Below are positions 39,785-49,406 of a DNA stretch of 64,000 bases, piece by piece. The number at the start of each line of letters is the position of its first letter. Within the stretch, counting starts at the first letter, position 1. The position numbers and the translations under genes are program-made. The DNA comes from a virus (Duplodnaviria; Caudoviricetes): the IMG/VR virus record IMGVR_UViG_3300048881_000780; one strand, written 5' to 3'. The notes beneath the pieces were generated by a model. That model was not told where the DNA came from. It ran no database searches and worked only from the letters and a program-made list of their open reading frames with translations.

Positions 39785-41200
39785 TTACTCAATCTCTCTG
39801 ATTGAAATATTATCGTAGAATCTATCTTGAGCAAATCCAGTAAAGTTAACACTCATTACTAAGTTGTGGCTTGTCGACTCAGCAACAAACACTCCAGATT
39901 TACCAGATGCGCTTATATAAATAAGAGGAGTTCCTGTGATACAATCCGTCTCATCTGTAATACAAGCTAAAACTCCGCCTACAGAATCAAGAACATCAAA
40001 TTCAACATAGTATGATTTATTAACTTCTAATCCAGTAATTGTTTGATGAATCCTACCATAGTTAGATGTAGCAGGATTTGATAACATTAAAACTCCAGAT
40101 GAAACAGAAGGTGTTCCCGTTCCAACTGAATTATCTTGCCATCCAACGAGGTTGTTAGAAAAATCTCCGTTGCTAACTAGGTTTGGCCCCACTAACTGCG
40201 AGCTCATATCTTTAATCGACACATTATCATAGAATAGAGTAGTTGCCCCATTAGTAGCACTTAGTGGCCCTAGTGATAATCTAATCGTACTAAGATCACC
40301 AGTATTAAATATTGCCTTATGAAAACCTCTCGCAGAATCAGCGATTCCACCGATGTATTCCATTTTTACATTCTCATAATTTATATCAGAGATAGCAACA
40401 TAGTGATCTACTACAAGAGTAGAATCAAAACTAAAAGTAATTACATAATCAGTATTTGGCTCTACTGTCATATCTTGATAAGTTCTAGCAAAGTCAGCGT
40501 TACTTACTATTGGTAGTTCAATTCTACCGTTATTAAATATGGCCATTGAAGGTCCTACAGAACTATCAATCCATCCATTTAAATCTTCTTCGAATCCACC
40601 GTTAATTACTAATTCACCAATAACCTCTTCACCTATAACAGCACTGCTCTCAGAGCGACCAACACTAAAAGAGCCGATTATATTACTATCTGCTTTAATT
40701 TCAATTTCTCCGACTTGAGAAGGGGACATAAATACATATCCACTGTTAACAACTAGGGGAGACTGATTAACACTTGCTTCTAGAACTCCATAGTTACCAC
40801 TAACTGGAATTCTTACCCAAGAAGAAATACCCATTGGAAGGTCGATATATGTTTGACCGCTCTCTAGAGATGCACTTTGACCAGCAAAAGAAAAAGCATA
40901 TACTTTACCATTTAATCTTTCATAAATTATTAGAGCTCTACTTGGTGAGTTTGATATCTCTGCAAAGTGATCATCTCCTGAAATTGAAAAATTTAAATAT
41001 GGTGATAACCTTACTGAACTAATTATATTTTCACCAAGATCTTCTTTTGATCCAATTGAAATACTTCCTGACTCAGGAATGACAACTTCATGAATTAACT
41101 TAGTTTGAACTTCATTGTAATTATCTAGTTCTTTTAAATCTGATCCAGGCTTGGAACAACCAACTAGTAATAGAATTAACAATAATGACAAAAATTTCAT
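39785..41200 (-). CDS. Surface lipoprotein: shared N-terminal domain plus two CBM4/9-like carbohydrate-binding modules
   Basis: Lipobox LVGC; ELVINGGFEEDLNGW...FYDNVSIK and NLVSNGDFSNNLVGW...FYDNISIR. Confidence 0.8.
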   Translation of the reverse strand: MKFLSLLLILLLVGCSKPGSDLKELDNYNEVQTKLIHEVVIPESGSISIGSKEDLGENIISSVRLSPYLNFSISGDDHFAEISNSPSRALIIYERLNGKVYAFSFAGQSASLESGQTYIDLPMGISSWVRIPVSGNYGVLEASVNQSPLVVNSGYVFMSPSQVGEIEIKADSNIIGSFSVGRSESSAVIGEEVIGELVINGGFEEDLNGWIDSSVGPSMAIFNNGRIELPIVSNADFARTYQDMTVEPNTDYVITFSFDSTLVVDHYVAISDINYENVKMEYIGGIADSARGFHKAIFNTGDLSTIRLSLGPLSATNGATTLFYDNVSIKDMSSQLVGPNLVSNGDFSNNLVGWQDNSVGTGTPSVSSGVLMLSNPATSNYGRIHQTITGLEVNKSYYVEFDVLDSVGGVLACITDETDCITGTPLIYISASGKSGVFVAESTSHNLVMSVNFTGFAQDRFYDNISIREIE

Positions 41201-41271
41201 AATAACTCCTATGATAGTTATAGTTATTATAGTTTTTTTATCAATAATATTAACAAGTTAGTGTTACTAGT

Positions 41272-42438
41272 TTAAGTACTTAATATTACGCTACTTTCTT
41301 TTTGATTAGCTTCAGTCTTTTTTACGAAATATAAAATAATTATCATAATGAAAAGTCCAAAAATAGACAAGCCAAGTAAAACATTCATTAATTCAAAATA
41401 ACTATTCAAAACTCCAATGATACAGGTACAAATCCCCACCGTTACTCCTGTGACAAGATGAAAGAAAGATTGACCTGTCGCGGAGTACTTTGAATCTATC
41501 TTCTTCGTGAAATCCTCGAAGTAAAAGTACACGAAGGATCTTGGAATTATTGCAATAAACAAAAGTAGATAGGCGTAATCAGAAGCGAAATAGCAGGCGA
41601 TTCCAATTACACAATGAGAGAGTGCGCTTAGATACCTGGGATATGGTAACACTTTTAGAAAAAAGGACACTTTCTTAATGCATAAAGAAAGTAATATATT
41701 GTATACACCAAAAATAATTGCAAATTTAGATAGAGGAATATCAGAGTTCTCTAACAGAGGTTGTAAAAAGGTAAATAATGTTAAAAAAGATCCTGAAGAA
41801 ATACTTCCTTCCAATAGCAATCCTAGAATATACCTATCTTTAAATAAGTGCTTTATAGTTCTTGTAATACCGAGACGTTCCTTCTTTTCTAAATATGTTG
41901 TGCATTTATTATTTATAGAAAATCCCAAGATTAGTACACTCAATGAGATAAGTAACTGCGTAAAAATAATAAAATCAAAACCGAAAAAAGTAAGGGCCGA
42001 TGCTAGAAATGCCGAAGCGAATACCCCAACTCTTTTGTAAAAAAATAAACCCGAAATCAATCCTTCGTCACTTTGTATTTTATTTATTATCGCAACATCG
42101 CTTCCTGATAAAAATGCAAAGCTTAAAGCTGAAAGGATTTGATATATTATAAATGACCAAAATGATATTGATATAAATAGACAAAATGAAGCAGCTGCGA
42201 ATAACACTCCAGAGAATATTATCGCGTTCCTGGAACCCCAGTGATCAGAAAAATACCCACTAGGCACTTCAGCTATTAATGAAGTGAATCTAAATACAGC
42301 TGTAAAATAAAAAAGATCAGCCGTTGTAAGTCCATTATGAAGAAGTAAAGGTAATAGTATTGCTTCTATTAAAACGAAGCCCCTGAAGAATGATATCGCG
42401 TATATTTTCTTTACTTCTCTATGTATTTTGCCTTTCAT
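41272..42438 (-). CDS. MFS transporter
   Basis: EVPSGYFSDHWGSR motif A, AFLSGSDVA, about 12 TM segments. Confidence 0.9.
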   Translation of the reverse strand: MKGKIHREVKKIYAISFFRGFVLIEAILLPLLLHNGLTTADLFYFTAVFRFTSLIAEVPSGYFSDHWGSRNAIIFSGVLFAAASFCLFISISFWSFIIYQILSALSFAFLSGSDVAIINKIQSDEGLISGLFFYKRVGVFASAFLASALTFFGFDFIIFTQLLISLSVLILGFSINNKCTTYLEKKERLGITRTIKHLFKDRYILGLLLEGSISSGSFLTLFTFLQPLLENSDIPLSKFAIIFGVYNILLSLCIKKVSFFLKVLPYPRYLSALSHCVIGIACYFASDYAYLLLFIAIIPRSFVYFYFEDFTKKIDSKYSATGQSFFHLVTGVTVGICTCIIGVLNSYFELMNVLLGLSIFGLFIMIIILYFVKKTEANQKESSVILST

Positions 42439-42568
42439 GAAGTTATTATAAGAAAGAGAAGGTGATTTATTATTACCTTAAATTAATACATAATAACGTC
42501 TTTATTTTGAATAACTAGATACCTTAGTGTTATCTATTTAATTATTTTTATATTGGTGATTATTAACT

Positions 42569-42868
42569 CTATCTATATGGTAAGTATTCTCGTATATCAC
42601 TAGAGTCAGAGAGATCTTCATTGATCATAATTTCATCACCAACTTTAATCCCTAAATCTTTTAATTTCTGTATAAACATAGGTGCATCACAATCTTCTTC
42701 CAAAAATACGCATCCACCTCTTTGTTTTGAGCTTTTGGATATTTCACTGTGAATACCAAGCACATCAAGAACACATTTATCAACTTTCAGCCATCCATGT
42801 CCACCAGTGTAGAAAGTTAGTCCTTGTGGGTGAAGTTCATTTATTAAATCTAGTACTCTCTGTTTCAT
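42569..42868 (-). CDS. Small conserved mobile-element protein (GHGWL...LEEDCDA type)
   Basis: GGHGWLKV...EISKSS...VFLEEDCDA; AAGGAG RBS. Confidence 0.7.
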   Translation of the reverse strand: MKQRVLDLINELHPQGLTFYTGGHGWLKVDKCVLDVLGIHSEISKSSKQRGGCVFLEEDCDAPMFIQKLKDLGIKVGDEIMINEDLSDSSDIREYLPYR

Positions 42869-43018
42869 TACTATCTCCTTTAAAGACTTATCGTAATTTA
42901 CGAGAAAGTGGCACTAGACAGATTCTCAATCTTTAGTAAGTTACCCAAGTTACTGTCATTAATGACCATTCTCGAAACTGACATTCCTTTGTGCTAATAT
43001 AAATTTAGAGAGGCTAAT

Positions 43019-43231
43019 ATGAAATCTGAGCTAGAGCTAGTTTTTGAATTATTAAAGGAATCGACAAAGAGAGCAGAAAGAAAAGAGGCTTTCGAATTCT
43101 TAAGTGATAATATACGTCATGCTTTCATGAAACACCCTGATAATGCTGGTGTGTTTGCTAGTTTTCTTAAGAAAGAACTCATTGATTGTCGAGAGGTGTT
43201 AAAGTCAGATCCATACTTAAATAAGAAATAG
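43019..43231 (+). CDS. Small hypothetical protein
   Basis: 70 aa; GAGG RBS. Confidence 0.65.
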   Translation: MKSELELVFELLKESTKRAERKEAFEFLSDNIRHAFMKHPDNAGVFASFLKKELIDCREVLKSDPYLNKK

Positions 43232-43322
43232 TCCTATCTTTAAATATCATTTGCATTTTAAGACCCTAGATCGTTAGAGGATGGCACTTTATTTTCTTTA
43301 TAATATTGTAAAGGGAGTTATT

Positions 43323-43505
43323 ATGAAAATGTATATTATTAAGTATTATTCAAAAAGTTCGCAAACTTACCATTGGCTTGAAAATATCCACCAAAGTGAA
43401 TTAGATAATAAAATAATGAGTCTTCATACGGGGCTAAATATCCTACTTACTGATATTGTTGTATATGAGGCAAAAGCTGTTAAGTTAAAGATTAAAGCAA
43501 CTTAA
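43323..43505 (+). CDS. Small hypothetical protein
   Basis: GGGAG RBS before ATG 43323. Confidence 0.6.
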   Translation: MKMYIIKYYSKSSQTYHWLENIHQSELDNKIMSLHTGLNILLTDIVVYEAKAVKLKIKAT

Positions 43506-43509
43506 TGGA

Positions 43510-43824
43510 TTATCTAATATTAAATTTACTGCGAATCTCTTTTACAGATAGACCTTGATTAGTGAGCTTTTTACAGCTTTTACAAATAGCAGAGAGACCA
43601 TCTTTTCGTCGACTCTCTTTTGCAAAATTCTTATTAGATTTTAATAGCGACTTCTTACATGTGGAACAATTCTTATATTCTGAGCCAATAGGAGTGTCTC
43701 GTTCTAGCAACACATAACCTAGGTGAATATTGGTTAGTCCACTTTTTTTAATAAGTTCCAAGAGTCTAGCCTTATCTTCTGGATTTTTAATTATAAAATC
43801 ATATCTTTCAATCTTGTAGCTCAT
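43510..43824 (-). CDS. Zinc-finger protein (CxxC...F...KDGL..CxxC)
   Basis: CSTCKK...FAKESRRKDGLSAICKSC. Confidence 0.7.
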   Translation of the reverse strand: MSYKIERYDFIIKNPEDKARLLELIKKSGLTNIHLGYVLLERDTPIGSEYKNCSTCKKSLLKSNKNFAKESRRKDGLSAICKSCKKLTNQGLSVKEIRSKFNIR

Positions 43825-44006
43825 AGATTAAGTACTACCTCAATAGTCGAAAGTACTCAATAAACTTTAACTCAGTTATCATATTTACCTTGTAATTTAT
43901 CGATAAAATCTGAATATGCAATCCTTTGAAATTATTCACTTAAACTTTAGGGTTATATCATTTGCAGATCTAGTGATAAAATCTATTATCACATGGAGAA
44001 ACCATT

Positions 44007-45290
44007 ATGTATCTGACTCATAATAAAATAGAACTAGTTAGTAAATTTGAAGAAGGAAATACATCTCAAATAAATAACTTTTTAAATAGCTATAACTTAA
44101 CGGAACTGGAGAGACTGGAAAAGTATTTCAATCAAAATTTAAAAAAGTTTTTAACGAAGAGAGTATATCCAGAAGATGGTGAAAATTTTGATGCTATAAT
44201 GCCATTTAATTTATTAAGATATTTAACTCTTAAGGAGTTAATATCAAATAAAAGAGATAATAAAGATTTTAAGCTTGAGACATTTTTAATAGAATTTTAT
44301 GACAGCTTGGAAAATAAGAATATTATTCCTGATCACTTCGAAATCCCGAGAGTGATTACTTCTATATTCAATTCAAACAAGTGGGGGAAATCCGAAGATC
44401 CCTTTAAGTCCTGGAAGAAAGATAATAGAAAAATATTATATGACCTAATAATTAGACCATGGGAAAAGGATCTAATTAACTCAGAGATTGAAAATCTAGG
44501 ACGAAGATTACAAAGAAGACTTAAGTATGGTGAATATCAAGTAAAACCTGTATCAACATGGGGTTCACAAAATAATAGCTTTAATGATCACTGTTGGGTG
44601 GCCCTTATACCAATAGGACAAACACTAAAGAATTCTGTTCATTTAGGAATCAGGATTTATAAAGATAAATATATTTGTATGATTAGAGTTGGTGATGACA
44701 GATTAAAGAAAAATAAGAATATACCAACTCGAATACATACTTATTCATCAGATAACTTCGATGATATTATAGAACATTTAGTTAAGATAGAAAAACATTG
44801 TATCTATTTGAATGACAAAACCAACAAAGATAACCTTCAAAATGAAATCGAAGATACTATAACTCCAGTAGACATTACATCTAATTTTAGAGAAATGAAT
44901 TTTAAAAATAACTCTAAAAAAGATAGTCGATCTCTTCAAAATAAAAAGACATCATATGAAATTATGATTGAATCATATTTAAAATATAAAACTCTATACT
45001 TAATAAAGATAAAAGGAGTTAGCTTTGGAAATTCAAATAAGTCACTATATAAAGTAGGTGTCACAAATAGCACAAGAGTAGAGAAGAGATTTTCTGAAAT
45101 AGCATCAGGCTTCGGAATGAAGTCCCATATAAGCATAATTCCATTATTAGTATATACAAACAAGGGAGACTCTGAAGAAATGATTAAAGAGTGGCTCATT
45201 GATTCCAAAGAATTTGAGTATTGTAATGAATATTTTTATTCAGATATAAACACTGAATCCCTGGTACAGAAAATCAAAGAAATTATCTGA
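44007..45290 (+). CDS. GIY-YIG/T5orf172-like endonuclease domain protein with long N-terminal region
   Basis: C-terminal LYLIK...YKVGVTNSTRVEKRF...E...NEYF. Confidence 0.7.
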   Translation: MYLTHNKIELVSKFEEGNTSQINNFLNSYNLTELERLEKYFNQNLKKFLTKRVYPEDGENFDAIMPFNLLRYLTLKELISNKRDNKDFKLETFLIEFYDSLENKNIIPDHFEIPRVITSIFNSNKWGKSEDPFKSWKKDNRKILYDLIIRPWEKDLINSEIENLGRRLQRRLKYGEYQVKPVSTWGSQNNSFNDHCWVALIPIGQTLKNSVHLGIRIYKDKYICMIRVGDDRLKKNKNIPTRIHTYSSDNFDDIIEHLVKIEKHCIYLNDKTNKDNLQNEIEDTITPVDITSNFREMNFKNNSKKDSRSLQNKKTSYEIMIESYLKYKTLYLIKIKGVSFGNSNKSLYKVGVTNSTRVEKRFSEIASGFGMKSHISIIPLLVYTNKGDSEEMIKEWLIDSKEFEYCNEYFYSDINTESLVQKIKEII

Positions 45291-45378
45291 TTTGTTAAAA
45301 GCGATTTATCCTGTCGATCCAAATAATTCTCCCTGAATAAATAGTAAGTAGTTGTTATTACGATAAGGTTATAGAAAT

Positions 45379-45408
45379 CTTGTAGAATACTACAAGGTGC
45401 GTTATAAT
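45379..45408 (+). promoter_or_regulatory. Sigma-70 promoter with palindromic operator over -35
   Basis: TTGTAG-N17-TATAAT; CTTGTAG-aata-CTACAAG. Confidence 0.7.
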
Positions 45409-45421
45409 GTAGGTGAGAGAT

Positions 45422-45721
45422 ATGAACGAATTAATAGAATTGGAGAAAGAAGAATTTATTGTTGTTAGGAGTAGGTTAGTTAAGAGAATTGAAATTCTGG
45501 ATAGAGCAAAGTTAAATGTTAACATGTCAAATGATAGAATTATAAATATTTTCTTAAATTATTACTCATATAAAGACATAGAACCAGTATACGAAGACAA
45601 TGATCACGGATACTTTGAAGATTCCCTCTCTGTTAATCTATTTGAGTATGAAATAAACTTTATATTCAGTTACAGGTCTTCAACTATCTCAATAGAAAAA
45701 ATAAGTCTAATTAAGGATTAG
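45422..45721 (+). CDS. Putative toxin of toxin-first TA module 1
   Basis: About 100 aa upstream of an XRE HTH gene; paralog of 49407. Confidence 0.55.
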   Translation: MNELIELEKEEFIVVRSRLVKRIEILDRAKLNVNMSNDRIINIFLNYYSYKDIEPVYEDNDHGYFEDSLSVNLFEYEINFIFSYRSSTISIEKISLIKD

Positions 45722-45723
45722 CT

Positions 45724-46050
45724 ATGGATAAGAAAGGAAGAGAATTTTTAAAGAGAGCAAAAGATTTTGTAAATAAAAACGGAAGCATTAGATCGCAGTC
45801 GGGGATGCATTTAAACACTCTAAATGGAAGAATTAAAACATCTATTATATCCCAGTTGATTACCTATAAGAGAGAGAACGAATTAACTAACGTGGCCCTA
45901 TCTAAAAAACTCGAAATATCGGAGTCTCAAGTTTCTAAAATATTAGCCTATCATGTAGGAGGTATATCTCTAGACTACCTTGTAAACTGTATTGAAAAAC
46001 TAGGTTTCGACAATGATAAAAATATTTTAATTTTTAACCAAAAAGCCTGA
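45724..46050 (+). CDS. XRE/HigA-like HTH antitoxin 1
   Basis: LTNVALSKKLEISESQVSKILAYHVGGISLDYL. Confidence 0.75.
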   Translation: MDKKGREFLKRAKDFVNKNGSIRSQSGMHLNTLNGRIKTSIISQLITYKRENELTNVALSKKLEISESQVSKILAYHVGGISLDYLVNCIEKLGFDNDKNILIFNQKA

Positions 46051-46071
46051 TAGTCCTTAATATATATACAA

Positions 46072-46701
46072 TTAAGCAACTAGGTCCAATTGTCTTTCTG
46101 TATTATATATTGATATTCCATTTCTTTTGATATCAATAAGTTCTAATTCTGATCCTTCAAGTACTTGAATCTCGGCTTCATCTTCTCCAAGACTGGGGCA
46201 TAGATTTTTTAGAACACTTGTTTTTAGATCTATATTCCTTAAATGAAATTTTGCAATTATTTCAATTTCAATACCAGCATTCCCCCAGTGCGCCTCTGCC
46301 TTATCATGATCCCATGACCAAAACACTCCTAAGCCAGTGTAACCTTTAATGTAATTACCATTTTTAATTTTATCTATGAATGATGAAATAGATGGAACAG
46401 TTATAGCTCTTGATAATATGATATGGTCAGATTGAACTATAGCTTTATCCTCGAAATTATTATCAAAAGTAGATAATGCATCCTCAAACCAATTAAGACA
46501 GAACTCCTTGAATATCTCTTCGTATTCTTTGTCATATTTTTCTTTTGAAATTATATTTTGATCAAGGTCATCATTCAATTCTCTTAATTCAGTTGAATCA
46601 GAAAAATAAATATATTCCTCGATATTGTCGGCACTTTCGTACCATTCGAACCATTCTTTAAATAAGTCATTATCAGATATATTAAGTAGTTTCAGTATCA
46701 T
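46072..46701 (-). CDS. Putative R-S-E-type ADP-ribosyltransferase-fold protein
   Basis: IILSRAI (R), GLGVFWSWD (S), EDEAEIQV (ExE). Confidence 0.55.
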   Translation of the reverse strand: MILKLLNISDNDLFKEWFEWYESADNIEEYIYFSDSTELRELNDDLDQNIISKEKYDKEYEEIFKEFCLNWFEDALSTFDNNFEDKAIVQSDHIILSRAITVPSISSFIDKIKNGNYIKGYTGLGVFWSWDHDKAEAHWGNAGIEIEIIAKFHLRNIDLKTSVLKNLCPSLGEDEAEIQVLEGSELELIDIKRNGISIYNTERQLDLVA

Positions 46702-47129
46702 TTTTCACCTCATATTTATTATCGTAATCAATACAAGAGAAACTATGATTTTCTTAATATGGAGCCATCATTAATGTAGAGTCTTAGTCAGGTTTATGGG
46801 GTGATGTAATATTCTTTAATATAGGTGGTTTTGTAGGTAGTTTAATGTTTGGGAATAAAGGATCGCATATAGGGACTATGCGGTCTTAGTGTTATTTTGT
46901 AACGCTCTGGGTTGTCGCTAGAACTTTTTCTGGCATTTTTGGGTATATCTAGGCCTACTTAAAATTTACTCCAGTAACTATTAATAGTTCGTAGTTACTG
47001 GATAAAAAATGGTTAAATTCTCTCCGTAGTTGGCACAGTATAAATTTACAAAAATGGACTTAATACTGTTACTAGAATTTAGTAACACCTAGTAACGTTA
47101 CAACAATTAAGTAACGCTATTGTTTTACT

Positions 47130-47212
47130 AAAAACTGGGATTTATGAACTGATCGAATAATCCAAGTTTTTTTTCAAAAACTGGGATTTATGAATTGATC
47201 GAATAATCCAAG
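47130..47212. repeat. Two direct copies of a 37-bp semi-palindromic unit (46-bp period)
   Basis: AAAAACTGGGATTTATGAAYTGATCGAATAATCCAAG at 47130 and 47176. Confidence 0.9.
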
Positions 47213-47273
47213 GTTTTAGAATTTCAGACATTGTTACTGATATAAATACGATAAATATCATAGGAGATATCTT

Positions 47274-47807
47274 ATGATCATTTATCACGGTTCTAATACA
47301 CCAGGTTTATCAGAGTTTAACTACGACATCTCAAGATCTTCAAACCCTGGAGCTTTAGAGAGATTTGAAGGCCCTGGATGGTACTGTGCCCTTAATAAAG
47401 AAATCTCTAGGAATTTTGGATGTTTTCTATACACACTTGAATTTAATTCTGAAAACTATTTTGATTCTACTGATAGAAAAAATATATTAAAAATGCTCAA
47501 GGAATGTGCAATTAGATCCAAAAGAGTTGATTATCTAAATGAAGTTCTAGAAAGCGGAATTATTAATGAATTAATAGATAAAACTCAAAAAGGTAAATCA
47601 TCTTCTTATAGACTCTATGAGCTCTTGAATCAGATACTTGGAAACGATGAATATTTTTGGGATGGAAGCGATGAATTCGTCGAAGAAGTTGAAAGGTATT
47701 TATCTTCAGTAGACGCTATACTGTCAAATTTTGATACATATGGAATCTGCCTTGTTGTGAAGAATGGAAAATCTCTTAAATTAGTTTCTGAAGAAAAACT
47801 TGCTTAG
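47274..47807 (+). CDS. Putative H-Y-type (PARP/DUF3990-like) ADP-ribosyltransferase-fold protein
   Basis: MIIYHGS...FEGPGWY...ISRNFG..LY; AGGAG RBS. Confidence 0.6.
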   Translation: MIIYHGSNTPGLSEFNYDISRSSNPGALERFEGPGWYCALNKEISRNFGCFLYTLEFNSENYFDSTDRKNILKMLKECAIRSKRVDYLNEVLESGIINELIDKTQKGKSSSYRLYELLNQILGNDEYFWDGSDEFVEEVERYLSSVDAILSNFDTYGICLVVKNGKSLKLVSEEKLA

Positions 47808-47829
47808 TACAGACCGTCCATTGTATTTT

Positions 47830-47906
47830 GGGAACCAAGCGGGAACCAAGCGGGAACCAAGCGGGAACCAAGCGGGAACCAAGCGGGAACCATGCGGGGA
47901 ACCAAG
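47830..47906. repeat. 11-bp GC-rich tandem repeat GGGAACCAAGC, about 7 copies
   Basis: 5 perfect copies, one GGGAACCATGC variant, one partial. Confidence 0.95.
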
Positions 47907-48076
47907 AATTATACCCCTATCCTAACTAGTGTTTCCACTCTTCAAAATGTGCCACAAACAGTAGTCATGATAATTTTAAAAAGTTTTTGTATATCTCTGT
48001 ATTTATTGGCTTCTCTACCCGAGTTATCAACTATTTATTAATAATGATATGATAAGTTGTAATTGATGAGGTCAAA

Positions 48077-48266
48077 ATGGATACATTAAAAAAAGAATTT
48101 TCTTAAAATTATGTCTATCAGATTTGGTAAAGAGCAGGCTCAAGAACTACTCGATGCTGTTATCTATAATTCAAAATATCGCGGAGATGGAAGCGATAAG
48201 GTTACTAAGAAAACTCTTAAATGGTATATTGATTGTGTAAAGAGTGAACTTAATCTAAAAGGCTAA
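48077..48266 (+). pseudogene. Small frameshifted gene (one extra base in an A7/T4 run)
   Basis: GAGG RBS + ATG GAT ACA TTA AAA AAA GAA TTT TCT TAA; removing one base gives about 62 aa ending ELNLKG. Confidence 0.45.
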
Positions 48267-48284
48267 TTATATCCAACAGGTGTT

Positions 48285-48413
48285 TCACTTAAGAACTCTC
48301 TTAGTCTTTGTATTAAAATATCCAAAGATCTCGCCTGAATTTTCTATGCATCTTTCATACTCATATTCAGCTTCCATAATGGCCTTTTTAATAATATCTC
48401 TAGGTGTTTTCAT
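48285..48413 (-). CDS. 42-aa small protein MKTPRDIIKKAIMEAEYEYERCIENSGEIFGYFNTKTKRVLK (not in ORF track)
   Basis: GGAGG RBS and TACGATAA box 19 nt upstream. Confidence 0.65.
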   Translation of the reverse strand: MKTPRDIIKKAIMEAEYEYERCIENSGEIFGYFNTKTKRVLK

Positions 48414-48549
48414 TTAACCTCCATTTCTTTAATTATCGTAAATTAAAAACTTTCAAGACTTACCCCTCTTAGCGTTTACATATTTAATAACGTTAGCAAG
48501 CGTTTATAAAACCACTAACGCTTTTTACGATAATCTAATTGAGGTTTTT

Positions 48550-48699
48550 ATGAAAAAGTCAGTTAGAGAATTGTTAAGATTACTAATATTGGAAATTGAT
48601 CAACAAATTGAGGTGGCCAAAGAGACACACGATTTATTTCATTTAAAACAAATGAAAAGGCTACGAAGACACATAATAGAACTTATGGATTCCACGTAA
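48550..48699 (+). CDS. 49-aa small helical protein MKKSVRELLRLLILEIDQQIEVAKETHDLFHLKQMKRLRRHIIELMDST (not in ORF track)
   Basis: GAGG RBS and TACGATAA box 16 nt upstream. Confidence 0.65.
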   Translation: MKKSVRELLRLLILEIDQQIEVAKETHDLFHLKQMKRLRRHIIELMDST

Positions 48700-48778
48700 A
48701 GTACTCTAATTACTGACAATGGCGCCTAGATTACATGATTTCTTAGTTTCGTGATAAAATATATTTAAGGGAGTATTT

Positions 48779-48985
48779 ATGGATGTCGCTGATAAAATTC
48801 ATGAATTATACAGGAAGTCTAGACTAGAAATGAATGCTAAAGATACTAATTCATTTATTGCTTCAATAATTTCAAATTGCCTATACGATAATAAACACAA
48901 TTCCGAGCAGTTTAAAATAGATCTACTCAAAGAGATCGAGGATTCTATAAAAGTGATTGAAAAAACCTATAAGAACGGTTCTTGA
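48779..48985 (+). CDS. Small hypothetical protein (paralog of 33470..33676)
   Basis: GGGAG RBS; sequence similarity to the paralog. Confidence 0.7.
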   Translation: MDVADKIHELYRKSRLEMNAKDTNSFIASIISNCLYDNKHNSEQFKIDLLKEIEDSIKVIEKTYKNGS

Positions 48986-49364
48986 TTTTGATAGGTATTT
49001 GTATTGACCAGAAAAAGAAGCAAAATCTCATTTAGAAATAACATTACAAAACTTTCTTTAAAAAGAATTTTGAATCTCACCAAGACTTTTCATTAGCCCT
49101 AAAAAAAGAGCTTTCAAGTATGATTTTTATTGTAAAAAACGATCCCAAGTTCAATGGGGACAAATCTTTATATACATATTTTCAAATGAAGCTACTAGGA
49201 ATAATAAAAATCCAAAAGACTTCAGTGATAACTTACTCCGTAAAATTTATGATTCCTATAATGCTGATGATTCAAATATCAAATGCTCAGAAAACCATAA
49301 TAGATCAAATATGAGCATTTAAACTCGCTCAAGTGTCTAAAATTACGATAATTATATAAGTAAT

Positions 49365-49394
49365 CTTGCAAGCTGTTGCAAGGTGCGTTATAAT
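49365..49394 (+). promoter_or_regulatory. Sigma-70 promoter with palindromic operator over -35
   Basis: TTGCAA-N17-TATAAT; CTTGCA-agctgt-TGCAAG. Confidence 0.7.
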
Positions 49395-49406
49395 TAAGGA
49401 GTTGTA

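Noticed and set aside
37445-41200. Diversity-generating retroelement or shufflon for the paralogous lipoproteins
   Set aside because: No reverse transcriptase, no adenine-specific TR/VR pair and no inverted crossover sites were seen
45396-45412. dif-like site GGTGCGTTATAATGTA (also near 49382)
   Set aside because: No XerD arm; better explained as the spacer and -10 of the TA promoters
47130-47212. Mini-CRISPR from the 37-bp semi-palindromic repeat
   Set aside because: Only two copies separated by 9 nt of T/C; this is a tandem duplication
48470-48525. AGCGTT/AACGCT short repeats between divergent microprotein genes
   Set aside because: Only 3-4 short words; a possible operator but too weak to call
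48986-49314. 64-aa ORF 49120..49314 and upstream fragments
   Set aside because: No RBS and stops in neighbouring frames; at best a decayed gene remnant
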